Assembly: GCF_001194135.2 (NCBI RefSeq)
Contig: NC_068992.1
Coordinates: 56,548,725 to 56,612,724, forward strand
Direction of reading: 5' to 3'
DNA from: Octopus bimaculoides
Taxonomy: Eukaryota
Length of the DNA stretch: 64,000 nt
Positions 12,936-25,618 of the stretch are shown piece after piece. Below the pieces are notes generated by a model. That model saw only the letters and a list, made by a program, of their open reading frames with translations. It did not search any database and was not told the origin of the DNA. The position numbers and the translations under genes are program-made. How positions within the stretch are numbered: the first letter of the stretch is position 1; every line of letters starts with the position of its first letter.

Positions 12936-14820
12936 TTTATATATACAGATGACCCAACATATGTTTCTACTGCAGCAACTACACATTGCTCTGTATGCAA
13001 TTATGCATCCGAGTCGCTGGAATTTAACCAAGGGTCCATCACTTATGACATCTGAGGAGAAACACCTCTAGATTAATGAAGCTGATTGCGCAATTCCTGT
13101 TTACTTGTCATCTATTTAGTTTCCTCATATGCTGTATACTTACGTGTGTGCGTATGTGTGTATGTGTTTGTATGTATGTGCGTGTGTGTGCTACCGTGAG
13201 TGTTGGTAAGCATGAGAAGTGCATATATGGCAACCGGTGTTAATTTGCTTAGGTGTATGTTACTTAATGGTATGAGAGAAATATATAAAGTAGCAGATTT
13301 TAAGTTCCGTGAACCCTTCTAGCTTCTGGCAAGCATAATTGGAATCCGTTGATGGAAACAATTAAAGAATAAAAACATAAAAGAATACAACAGAAGTTTA
13401 GCTTTCGATATTGTTTTTGTTTACTGTTAGACTGTTCTTCACCAAGCAGATCTAAGACCGAATATGTTCTAGCGATGACCATCCTGTCTTAGACACACGT
13501 ATTTGCTATAAGAGACACCACCGAGGTTATTGAGACTACCAAGATCACAACACTAACGGACACAGCTCTTCTTGCTATCAGAATAGATCTACACATCAAG
13601 ATTATCTCAACTTGGGCTGATGTAATAATGAAATACTATTTTAGAAACATCTGCTGTATAAAGCGGTCCATAACAATCATTTCCAAGCAAAGTAACAACT
13701 ATGCATATAACAGGGAGCCACTTTAGCACGACGTCTTTAACACACCAAAATTTCAACGTCCTCCTTGAATAATATCAAGTTTTTCAAAGGAACTACAACA
13801 TTTTGAATATAAGATAGCCCACTGTATAAATTTCCAAGCTAATTCACCATAAAATGCCCCGAAAGGGAGAGTTTACAGTTAAATTTAATAGGAGTACACT
13901 TACAAAGAATTATTATTATTATTATTATTAAAGCAATAATATTTTATGTCTGTTTTTGAATATAACATTCAAAGAAGTATCTCTTCTGTCAATTGTTTGA
14001 TAACAACCAATAATGAACAAAACCACGATGTGCAAGTCAGGGCTACACTTAACAGCAACACTTTAATAATAACTCGAACACTTTGGCTCTCTACTTAAAG
14101 AAATATAAAGTTTTAAATTGAACTATACTTCAAAATTCTGAATAAAATAATGCCTACTGCATAATTTTCCTATGAAATTCTCTTCAACAAACGCTATGGA
14201 TGTGGCACTCTTGAGTTTACTGCTGCACAGAAACAAAGAATTTATGTGTGTGTATATATATGTATATATATATATATATATATNNNNNNNNNNNNNNNNN
14301 NNNNNNNNNNNNNNNNNNNNNNNNNNNNNNNNNNNNNNNNNNNNNNNNNNNNNNNNNNNNNNNNNNNNNNNNNNNNNNNNNNNNNNNNNNNNNNNNNNNN
14401 NNNNNNNNNNNNNNNNNNNNNNNNNNNNNNNNNNNNNNNNNNNNNNNNNNNNNNNNNNNNNNNNNNNNNNNNNNNNNNNNNNNNNNNNNNNNNNNNNNNN
14501 NNNNNNNNNNNNNNNNNNNNNNNNNNNNNNNNNNNNNNNNNNNNNNNNNNNNNNNNNNNNNNNNNNNNNNNNNNNNNNNNNNNNNATATATAATTATAGT
14601 TCAACAGCTTTCATTGAATTCTAAATCTAAATCAATACATTTTCTCTCAAATGTTTCATTTGCTTATCAGAGCATTCTAACTTCCAATTATATTCAACCT
14701 CTGAAAGATAAGAGGCTTTATAGGTGAATATCGAAATTGATTTCTGTAGATGTTACTCGCACACATTATATATATATATATATTTATTTGTAATGTATAT
14801 ACACATCTTTATCTATCTAT

Positions 14821-14905
<85 letters not shown>

Positions 14906-14999
14906 ATGAACATAAGCATGTTACAAAAAGTTTACCTGTATTCTATTCCGCTGATATTTATACTTAGTGCTGAAATGTATGTGATATAATAAAAATATA

Positions 15000-15190
<191 letters not shown>

Positions 15191-15213
15191 AATGTTATTA
15201 CTGTTTTGATAGA

Positions 15214-15645
15214 ATGGTGCGTGCTCCAAGTATCGCTAACAAGATTGACAAAATGCTTAGAAGTGTTTCGCTTGTCTTTCCGTTCTGAGTTCAAGTCCTG
15301 CCGAAGTTGACTTTGATTCTTCATTTCGAGGTCGATAAAATAAGTACCAGTTAAGTATTGGAGTCGATGTAATCGACTTATCCACTCACTCCAAATTTCA
15401 GACCTTGTGCCTTTAGTAGAAATTATTATATGTAAAGGCAGGGACCTGGTAGAATCGTAACTTCGCCGGACAAAATTTTTGTCCTTCTTTACATGCTGAG
15501 TTCAGATGCCACCCAGGCCGACTAGGCATCTTATGCTTCGGAGGTCGATGAAATAAATACCAGTTAAATACTAGGGTCGATGTATTCGATTATCCCTTCC
15601 CCCAAAATTTCTGGCTTTTTTCCAATGATAGAAAGGATTGGTATT
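15214..15645 (+). mobile_element. Two head-to-tail SINE family B copies (about 15214-15429 and 15437-15645)
   Basis: Both have gttctgagttca..gtcgat.aaataa.taccagtt..gtcgatgta.tcga. Confidence 0.8.
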
Positions 15646-15852
15646 ATTACATAAAGTACGATGTTGTAAGTCGAATAAGCCTCACTATTCAAGCGATCAC
15701 TCATATTTTGGCTATTAATTGTCCCTCAGTTCTGATAAAATTTTTGGTAGATTTGCCCTATCATTTAGAAAATTGGTGATGCTTGATAACTATCATTTCG
15801 ACCACATAAAATACAAATTGCAATAATAGCTTGCACTTTGTCGGATTACGAA

Positions 15853-15941
<89 letters not shown>

Positions 15942-16065
15942 TATGTGTGTGTGCGCGCGATTGTATAAGTATGTATTAATAATCATATATGTATGAATGA
16001 ATATATAAATGTATGTAGATATATGTAGATATATCTATTTCTATATTTATATCTCGACGTATATT

Positions 16066-16131
<66 letters not shown>

Positions 16132-16170
16132 CATACACACATACCAATTCATCTAGATATATATATATAT

Positions 16171-16447
16171 ACTTCTACTATAGCCTCAGACCGACCAAAA
16201 CCTTGTGAGTGGATTTGGTAGACGGAAACTGAAAGAAATGTGTGTGTGTGTGTGTGCGTGTGTGTGTGTTTGTGCGTCTGTGTTTGTCTCCTACCATCGC
16301 TTGACATTCGATGGTAGCGTGTCTACGTCCCCGTAACTTAGTGGTTCGGCAAAAGTGACCGATAAAATAAGTACTACGCTAACAAAGAATAAGTTCTGGG
16401 GTCAGTTTGTTCGACTACAGGTGGTGCTCCATCATGGTCGCAGTCAA
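16171..16447 (+). mobile_element. SINE family A, 5'-truncated
   Basis: ctactatagcctc..ccttgtgagtggatttggtagacggaaactgaaagaa..(TG)n..cgtaacttag..ggtgctccatcatggtcgcagtcaa. Confidence 0.85.
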
Positions 16448-17256
16448 NNNNNNNNNNNNNNNNNNNNNNNNNNNNNNNNNNNNNNNNNNNNNNNNNNNNN
16501 NNNNNNNNNNNNNNNNNNNNNNNNNNNNNNNNNNNNNNNNNNNNNNNNNNNNNNNNNNNNNNNNNNATATATATATATATATATATATATATACATGTGT
16601 ATATACATATACATGTGTATGTGTGTGTATATGAGATATGTCATCCAATACAATCGTCCAGAGATATTACAATGGCGGTGCGTAATTATGGTGTTTCATT
16701 CTAACCTATTATTTATTGAAAAAACGAAAGAATTTCCAAATTAGATTCTATCACCGTCAGAAATGTTTCAATCATTTATGGCCCTGAACTGCAATAATAA
16801 TAAGAAGAATGTTGGTGACATCTCTCTTTACTGACACCACAAACAAAATAAATTATAGTTCTGTGGATGTTGGCAACGGGAATTAGAAGATTAAGAAAAA
16901 TACTTTGCATTGTTTTTCAGTTTGATGTCATTCAGATATTATACCATTAGATTTTGTTCTTCTTTAAACATTACTAGCTCAGAATATTCATCATCTTCCC
17001 CATGCCATTCGTAAAAAGATATAAGGTGAAAGCAAAAATACAGGAGAAGGAGAAAAAGATATGAAATAACAATAATCTATTGAATTGGTAGGCTATTTCG
17101 GCAGCACGGAATCATTACAGTATTGAAACCTTAGGAAATTAGTCAGGAAAGAATTATCGCTAAGACATTGCATATTAAAAATAATAACGTGGTATGGTAA
17201 GCGGAAGAGATAAAGGAGGCCAGACATAAATTATATGTCAAGATAAGAGTAGAGAA

Positions 17257-17294
<38 letters not shown>

Positions 17295-17745
17295 NNNNNN
17301 NNNNNNNNNNNNNNNNNNNNNNNNNNNNNNNNNNNNNNNNNNNNNNNNNNNNNNNNNNNNNNNNNNNNNNNNNNNNNNNNNNNNNNNNNNNNNNNNNNNN
17401 NNNNNNNNNNNNNNNNNNNNNNNNNNNNNNNNNNNNNNNNNNNNNNNNNNNNNNNNNNNNNNNNNNNNNNNNNNNNNNNNNNNNNNNNNNNNNNNNNNNN
17501 NNNNNNNNNNNNNNNNNNNNNNNNNNNNNNNNNNNNNNNNNNNNNNNNNNNNNNNNNNNNNNNNNNNNNNNNNNNNNNNNNNNNNNNNNNNNNNNNNNNN
17601 NNNNNNNNNNNNNNNNNNNNNNNNNNNNNNNNNNNNNNNNNNNNNNNNNNNNNNNNNNNNNNNNNNNNNNNNNNNNNNNNNNNNNNNNNNNNNNNNNNNN
17701 NNNNNNNNNNNNNNNNNNNNNNNNNNNNNNNNNNNNNNNNNNNNN

Positions 17746-17789
<44 letters not shown>

Positions 17790-18299
17790 AAAACAGGTAC
17801 ATATATATATATATATATATACACCTACATACATAGAGATATAGATTTTGTCTTTGTCTTGCAATACGCTTGCTGCGACAACGTTCTTGTAATTAAGGAG
17901 TGCGAACGTCTTTGTCAATGACAGATACGTTGGTTGTATTTCACTCCTGTGCTTTAGATTGAGCAGTTAACTAATTACTTCATTTACAAACTAAATTATC
18001 AATCGTTTATGCAAACAGCTGATTTGTTAATCTGTAGTTATTTAAATATTTGATTTCTAAAAGTCACCTTCCCTTCCTTTACAATTTAACCATTGCAATA
18101 AATAATACGTTCACATGCAATAACACAATTTCTTTTATTGGCCACACAGGGTCTAACACGGAGGGGATATTACAAGGACAGACAAGCGAACATACACAGT
18201 ATGATTACAATGAAAATTACAAATATAATGAAATCGGATGAAAATTTTAAAATTTTACAGAAATCGATAAAACTAAAAATTCTTATTTTGTATATACAT

Positions 18300-18500
18300 C
18301 ACCGGGTTAATTAACCCACCGCCGTTATCCGACGTATCCCCTTCTATCGTTGGATGGTTACAGTTAGCCATTTCCATTCACTCGCAATTTTCTTACAACT
18401 GTCGTCCATCTTTTATCAAGCGTACTATACGATAGGTATCTCTTCTCCAGCCTGGTTTTTCTTTGGGGGTTATAGTTAAAACAACTAACCAATAACACAA
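18300..18500 (-). pseudogene. Possible RTE-like LINE 3' relic
   Basis: Minus-strand MDDSCKK resembles the RTE C-terminal RMDEDSCVKK. Very degenerate. Confidence 0.2.
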
Positions 18501-18560
18501 GCGTACATACGTATACATAATACACGTCTGTCTGTCTGTCTATCTATCTATATGTGTATA

Positions 18561-18593
<33 letters not shown>

Positions 18594-19479
18594 NNNNNNN
18601 NNNNNNNNNNNNNNNNNNNNNNNNNNNNNNNNNNNNNNNNNNNNNNNNNNNNNNNNNNNNNNNNNNNNNNNNNNNNNNNNNNNNNNNNNNNNNNNNNNNN
18701 NNNNNNNNNNNNNNNNNNNNNNNNNNNNNNNNNNNNNNNNNNNNNNNNNNNNNNNNNNNNNNNNNNNNNNNNNNNNNNNNNNNNNNNNNNNNNNNNNNNN
18801 NNNNNNNNNNNNNNNNNNNNNNNNNNNNNNNNNNNNNNNNNNNNNNNNNNNNNNNNNNNNNNNNNNNNNNNNNNNNNNNNNNNNNNNNNNNNNNNNNNNN
18901 NNNNNNNNNNNNNNNNNNNNTATATATATATAGATAGATAGATAGATAGATGTGCATGTGTTTTGTATGTGTGGTGCGGTCTAGTCATTAGGAAGATTTA
19001 TACAACACTGTACGTCTTGCGGTTGGCGCTAATTTATTTAATTCACTGAGAATAGATATTGTAATTATTCGGTGAAATTTCACCGATAATTAAAATATAA
19101 AGACTAATAAATTTTTCTAAGAAACCCATGACAACCAGTCTCGGAATTGTAATTAATTAAAATTTATTGAATATGCAAACCATTAGGTCGACATTCTATA
19201 ATTTCTTTCTCCAAAGTTCATATTACTGTGTTGAGTATATACTGGGGCGTGAGAAACGCTTTTAACTCATGTAAAAATTGCACCTGCCTAACTGTATTTT
19301 TTTTACTTGTATTTGACTTTAGTCACGAAGTAATTTCCTGTTCATGACCATTTGCAGCAGCCGTCCTCGTAAATTCATGCACTAGTCACTGGTTTCACGC
19401 AAAACACTTTTCCCACGCGCCGAAATGTCATGCGAATAAACAAAGAAATGTGGTCAGGTGCCAATTGATCTGAGCAGGC

Positions 19480-19997
19480 CGTGAATTTTTTTTCCAACGA
19501 GAGTTCTGGACCTCGGTAATGAACTCATTTGCGTACAGCCAATCAGAGCTCACCTTGACTTTGTTGTCAAGTTAACAAACCCACTCTACCAACTAAACTC
19601 ACGACGAAGAACGGTTTTGTTAGTCGACCGATCGTCAATTTTCGCCTGGTTTTAGGAGACAAGTAATTAGATAGATTTGGATCTATACCTATTATCGGAT
19701 TTTGTTAGGGCTCGATATAGTAAAGATGAGGATGGGAAAAATGTGGGTAGGGAGTGATGTGCTAGAAGCCCTTTCCCTTTACCGCTTTACAAAGTAAACA
19801 TCAACACAAATAACTACGCAGAAGCAGCCATGGTTGAAATAAGAAGAAGAACAACAAGCATTCTTAAAAGTAACCTTATCTTATTGCCCATCACTTGTTA
19901 TGCGCTCATAAATTAGTTTGATAGTTGAACTCTGATTGGCTGTATGAAAATGAGTACATAACTGGGGTCCGAAACTCTCGTGGGAAAAAATTTCGCG
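19480..19997. mobile_element. Putative non-autonomous DNA transposon (MITE) with about 74-bp terminal inverted repeats
   Basis: 19480-19553 matches the reverse complement of 19924-19997 at roughly 80 percent; 370-bp spacer; no clear TSD. Confidence 0.55.
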
Positions 19998-20269
19998 AGC
20001 GAATCTGTGCCAAATGTTCCACGGCTCTCTACTGCTCTACTGCTTGGTATTTCAGGATCACTGCATTTTGTAGAGCCTTTGAGACTGCGAAAACGGTGTA
20101 TCCTTATGCTGTAGACCTCATTTCAATGCTTGCAATAGAAGGGACTCAGCTGAGGTTGTCCATTTTGACAGAATGTGAGATAATCTGTAGTGATGGATTT
20201 AAGACTGCCTCGCAAATTAACCGGAGCCTGAGCCACTAAGAACCCGGTGCAGGTTTCTGAAAGTTTCGC

Positions 20270-20435
20270 CAATTGTATCATTAGACGACCGCCATGCTGG
20301 AACATCGCCTTGAAGTGATTTAGTCAAATAAATCGACTCCAGTAATTGTACTTAATTTCTCGACCGATACGTCAAGCCGCTACGTTACGGTTGTCATGCT
20401 GTGGTGGATGACAAACACAAACACACACGCTCAAA

Positions 20436-20499
<64 letters not shown>

Positions 20500-20703
20500 G
20501 TTATACACACACATGCAAATACATGCACATACAATCGAAGAGCTTCTTACAGTTTCCATGTACTAAATCCACTCACAAGGCTTCGGTCGGCGCGGGACTT
20601 TATAGCAGAAGATATTTGCCCAAGGTACCAAGCAGTGGGATTGAACTCAAAAGCACGTGGTTAGAAAAGAAGCTTCTCAAAGATATAACCATACCTGCGC
20701 CTA
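20270..20703 (-). mobile_element. SINE family A, diverged full length
   Basis: Head cctgcgccta at about 20695, gcccaagg..gcagtgggattgaac, internal (CA)n, tail ccatgctggaacatcgcc. Confidence 0.75.
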
Positions 20704-20989
20704 CAACTGGTAATTTTGACTCTGTCAATCCTGAAATGAAGAAAGGTAAAATTTTCTCCGGTGGGAATTGAATTCAGAGCAGAGAAGAACGTATTCTGCT
20801 CGACAGCTCTAACGCCTCTGTGTATCTGTTGCCTGTCATTCTAAAGTATAATCGATTGCAAGTAAATCAAACAGATTCACCATTCCACTACTGATAAATA
20901 CTAGTTTATCTTTTTCTGTGCTTAGTTAAACTTTCCCATCGACATGCAGGAGAATTCTGCTTAATCCACAATACTATCAGGATTATCTT

Positions 20990-21170
20990 TTGACTGGAGG
21001 CGTTCTGCAAACTCTGCTGACGTTGTTCAAACTACTAAAATCTATTCTGCGATGTTTATTTTACTACTCGAAATATGGGTTCTTTACCAGAAAAATAACT
21101 TTAAAAATCGATAGGCGATTTAAGTGTAGCAGGTCTGACTCGTGAAAATATTTGGAGACTTGTATGAATG
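20990..21170 (+). pseudogene. Decayed RTE-like LINE fragment (post-RT region)
   Basis: 21034-21114 translates as TKIYSAMFILLLEIWVLYQK, similar to the RTE pattern TK..VY.A.V...LLYG.ETW.LY. Confidence 0.45.
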
Positions 21171-21709
21171 TGTGTAGTAAGATACTTTTCGTGTTAGTTT
21201 AATAAATGAGTTATCTACACCACAAGCAAAAATGCATTCGATTGCAGAGTTGATCCAGTTCGTTCATACTCGCAATCGTATAAAAATGTATTCATGTAAG
21301 AACACATACATTTAAAAAGACTCAAATACAAACATGATGCTACGTACATACATAATACATATACACATACATACATACATACATACACACACACACTCAT
21401 ATATATAAGTATATATATANNNNNNNNNNNNNNNNNNNNNNNNNNNNNNNNNNNNNNNNNNNNNNNNNNNNNNNNNNNNNNNNNNNNNNNNNNNNNNNNN
21501 NNNNNNNNNNNNNNNNNNNNNNNNNNNNNNNNNNNNNNNNNNNNNNNNNNNNNNNNNNNNNNNNNNNNNNNNNNNNNNNNNNNNNNNNNNNNNNNNNNNN
21601 NNNNNNNNNNNNNNNNNNNNNNNNNNNNNNNNNNNNNNNNNNNNNNNNNNNNNNNNNNNNNNNNNNNNNNNNNNNNNNNNNNNNNATATATATATATATA
21701 TATATACAC

Positions 21710-21900
21710 ACACAGATAAACAAAAGACACAGATAGGTGTGTGAACAACAAGCAGGTGTATTAGTTTGACGCTCGGGAAAGTGAGAAAGTATTTTACGTT
21801 TCGGGCCTACGCTCTTTAACAGAAAGGAATAAGAAAAAATAAACAGAGGGAATAAAAAGCTTGTAGATTTAGCGATCAACCATGGCGACTGTTTGGGGAA
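21710..21900 (-). mobile_element. Penelope-like element terminal fragment, divergent copy C
   Basis: Shares the blocks gtattag..tgacgctcgggaa and acgtttcg..ctacgctctt..aacagaaag with copies A and B. Abuts (TA)n/(CA)n. Confidence 0.6.
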
Positions 21901-22479
21901 AAAAAGGTTTGAGAGGAGAGGAAGAAAGAAAGGGAGATAATAAGGTATTGGTAATCCTAAAACAAAAGTGAGTTACCGTGTGTATGTGTGTGTGTATGTG
22001 ACAATGTGTAAGTGTGAATGTGTATGGATAGGGGCTAGTGAATTTGGCGTGTCGATGTGTGCGATTGCGCAATATCTATCTGTGCTTCACAGAGTAACTC
22101 AGAAGAGCTGAACAAAGGTAATATAAACCTACGCAGCAGATTCAATAGACATATAAAACAAATTAGTATAGAATGAATGGTTTTACGTTCTTATTCGTCT
22201 GTTTTTCTTACAACTTTATACTTTCTCTTTTACTTGTTAACCTTTCTTAACACTGTCTACACCCTTGTCTATCCATCGCGTATTTTATTTACATTAATCA
22301 ACCTTTCATCTTTCATACTCTGAACTTTTCTCAGCCTGTTATCGACATAGTTACCTTTTAATCTGATTTTATCAAAATATTTTTCCTTTTAACCTTTGCT
22401 GACTCTTTTATCTATTTATCTTAATGTTATTTTAGTACTTCCGTTTATAATGTCTACCACATTGTTTACTTACGTCGGA

Positions 22480-22584
22480 GGTATTATTCATTTAAATTTA
22501 TTTTCTGTTTCCAAACAGCTCGGAATTTCTGCTGCAACGGTCGGTGGTATCAGCAATATATTTGGATTAATTAAAATGCCATAA
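22480..22584 (+). pseudogene. Possible Tc1/mariner helix-turn-helix relic
   Basis: SVSKQLGISAATVGGISNIFGLIKM resembles ..LGIS..TV..I....LG..KV. The match is short and could be chance. Confidence 0.25.
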
Positions 22585-23469
22585 ATAATTTTATGAAAAA
22601 AATCATAATCCTAATGATTAATTTTGATTAAAAATGGCAGCGGAGTCAGCCATTATTTAAAAATTTATTAAAATTAATTTAAAATACAATCATCTCGTTA
22701 ATGAGTCACATGGGAGTATGGCATAAAATTTGGACATGCTTTGGTCTTGCTAGACCTCATCAGCGTAACTGTTTGAATCCTACTCTCGTACTTTCGATAG
22801 ATGTGAGAGAATATTGATTTGTTGTGAATGAAAACTTAAGCGCTTTTTACGGAAAACGACTTGAGAACGATACCTGCAGATCGCTTCTGCACCCAAACTC
22901 TATCTTTATATTAAACTGTATGCATTTTCAGTGAGTACGTCTCATTCATCAGATGCATATGTCGCTTCGGTGAAGTATGGTTATGGCTAGTGCAATACAA
23001 TTAATCAAAGATTGAGAACAGGAGTTATTCTTCCTACTTCAACTGAGCGATGCACATATGATTTCTGCAATGCCTGCGCTAACTAATGAAGCTAATTATT
23101 ATATATTAGACAGAATGAGCTGTTAAGATTTAAGTACTTGATATAAGTATACAGAAGTCATTGCATTATCTAGAAATATCATTGCTTTATCAAGTACACT
23201 ATCGACTCAGCCCTCACAGCAGCATGCATACTGCATACACAAATAGGCACACATACAGAAACAAGCATATATATATATATATATATATATANNNNNNNNN
23301 NNNNNNNNNNNNNNNNNNNNNNNNNNNNNNNNNNNNNNNNNNNNNNNNNNNNNNNNNNNNNNNNNNNNNNNNNNNNNNNNNNNNNNNNNNNNNNNNNNNN
23401 NNNNNNNNNNNNNNNNNNNNNNNNNNNNNNNNNNNNNNNNNNNNNNNNNNNNNNNNNNNNNNNNNNNNN

Positions 23470-23535
<66 letters not shown>

Positions 23536-23864
23536 ACACACACACTTCTCTCTATTTCTCTATATATCTATTAGTATCTCTTTGCATAGAAGCATACATA
23601 CAAATAACTCACCTTCCACAAACGCACTTATATCCTGCGAAGAAAAGAAACGATTAAGATTTTTTATACGGAAATTAATATTTAAATATTTTTCAAGAAG
23701 TGCGCGGTATGTTTTCTTTCTAAATATATTCTGTTTAGCACTCATAAACGGACTAAATAAGAAAGGATAAGATTACACTACATAAACGGTTATGTTTGCG
23801 GAGTTCTTAATACTGTATATTATGTTTACATTTCAGTTACACTCTACGAATGCGTTCATATACA

Positions 23865-23972
23865 TACATACATACATACATACATACACACATACACACA
23901 TACATACATACATACATACATACACACATACATACATACATACATAAATACATACATACATACATACCTACA
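23865..23972. repeat. (CATA)n microsatellite
   Basis: Direct reading. Confidence 0.95.
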
Positions 23973-24170
23973 CATAAATGGTCGGTTCAAATGGGATACC
24001 CTACTGATCCTGTGCCTATACTCACTTGTGAGCAATTCTCTGATTTGTTACAAGAAGGTCTTCCATTCCTATTCGAAGAACCTTTTTAACTGGCTTTTCG
24101 TTTAAGTTTGTGGATCGCCTGCATGAGCGTGCTTCACTCTCCACTAAGGTGCGGCAATATTTGAAGTCCA
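23973..24170 (-). pseudogene. Mariner (Tc1/mariner) transposase N-terminal relic
   Basis: Translates as FKYCRTLVESEARSCRRSTNLNEKPVKKVLRIGMEDLLVTNQRIAH, then after a frameshift VSIGTGSV..I.TDHL. Matches the mariner pattern FK.GR.SVEDE.RSGRPST...V..ED.R.T...IA..VGIS.GSV..IL.DHL. Confidence 0.7.
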
Positions 24171-24175
24171 TAAGG

Positions 24176-24397
24176 CGGCGAGCTGGCAGAAACGTGAGCA
24201 CTCCGAGCGAAATGCTTAGCGGTATTTCTTCTGAGTTCGTTACGTTCTGAGTTCAAATTCCGCCGAGGTTGACTTTGCTTTTCATCCTTTCGGGGTCGAC
24301 AAATTAATTACCAGTTAATTTCACGAGCAGGCTGTTCCGTTGATCGGATCAACTGGAACCTTCGACGTCGTAACCGACGGAGTGCTAAAAAACAAAA
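24176..24397 (+). mobile_element. Chimeric SINE: family B 5' part joined to the family C/D 3' tail, flanked by a CATAAGG direct repeat
   Basis: B head through ttaccagtt, then aatttcacgagcaggctgttccgttgatcggatcaactggaacc..cgtcgtaaccgacggagtgc. CATAAGG at 24169-24175 and 24398-24404. Confidence 0.8.
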
Positions 24398-24896
24398 CAT
24401 AAGGTGTGAAAGACCAAAACAATAATGTCTGTTTATTGAGTGACATGAGCATACCTTGTGATCACAATATCTCGGCAAAAGAAATTTGATAAGCTCAGAA
24501 AATATAAATGATTGTAGGAGCACTGGAAATAATGAAAAAAGAACTGCAAATTATTTGAAAATGAACCGTGCCTTACCATCAATGCCTTACCATCAATGTT
24601 TTAACTGGTACGTCATGCGTATTGAGAACATCATTGTGGCTGTGAATTTTCTTTCCGTTTTCCTTTTCCTGTACTTTTTGTTTTTTTAAAAATTTTTGTT
24701 CCTATTTTTATTTGTTATATTATTTCCTTTTTTTCTTTCTATCTCTCTTCCCTTTTTTACTATCACATAACTTGACTTTGTAAATGAACAATCTGGTGTG
24801 TTTATTTCAATAGCATACCAATCTATACGGTGATATTTTTGCCCAAGGTGTCGGGAAGACACTCAGCAAGAAATGAAAACAAAACTGACGGAAGAA

Positions 24897-24929
<33 letters not shown>

Positions 24930-25144
24930 TTTTTGAATCTGTTGAAGACACACAAGTTGTCGAAATATCGTTCATTAGCACTCTTCTTTTAATTTTGACT
25001 CTATATCTTCTGGAGGAGTTACCTCAATCCTTTATATATTAACCAAAATGAAGTAGATTAACAAAATTATTTTTTAAATCTGTTGAAAACACACAAGATG
25101 TCGAAATATCGTTCACTAGATGACAATGACTCTTTTAATTTTGA

Positions 25145-25201
<57 letters not shown>

Positions 25202-25611
25202 NNNNNNNNNNNNNNNNNNNNNNNNNNNNNNNNNNNNNNNNNNNNNNNNNNNNNNNNNNNNNNNNNNNNNNNNNNNNNNNNNNNNNNNNNNNNNNNNNNN
25301 NNNNNNNNNNNNNNNNNNNNNNNNNNNNNNNNNNNNNNNNNNNNNNNNNNNNNNNNNNNNNNNNNNNNNNNNNNNNNNNNNNNNNNNNNNNNNNNNNNNN
25401 NNNNNNNNNNNNNNNNNNNNNNNNNNNNNNNNNNNNNNNNNNNNNNNNNNNNNNNNNNNNNNNNNNNNNNNNTTCCACTCCCCTCGCCATTACCTCTCGC
25501 CAAGCTTTCAGTTATATTTCAACCCCTCTTATGCTTCACTTGCACGAGGGTTTTGGGTGTCACGGAAAGTGATTGCATAAAGCATGCAGATTAAAAGTAA
25601 ATAACAATGAT

Positions 25612-25618
25612 GATGATG

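Noticed and set aside
13493-13726. About 77-codon plus-strand stop-free stretch after an AG
   Set aside because: No recognisable motif, and the length is within chance expectation for this window.
24020-24030. Strong minus-strand splice donor CAA|GTGAGT with an upstream open frame
   Set aside because: Better explained as a frameshifted mariner transposase relic.
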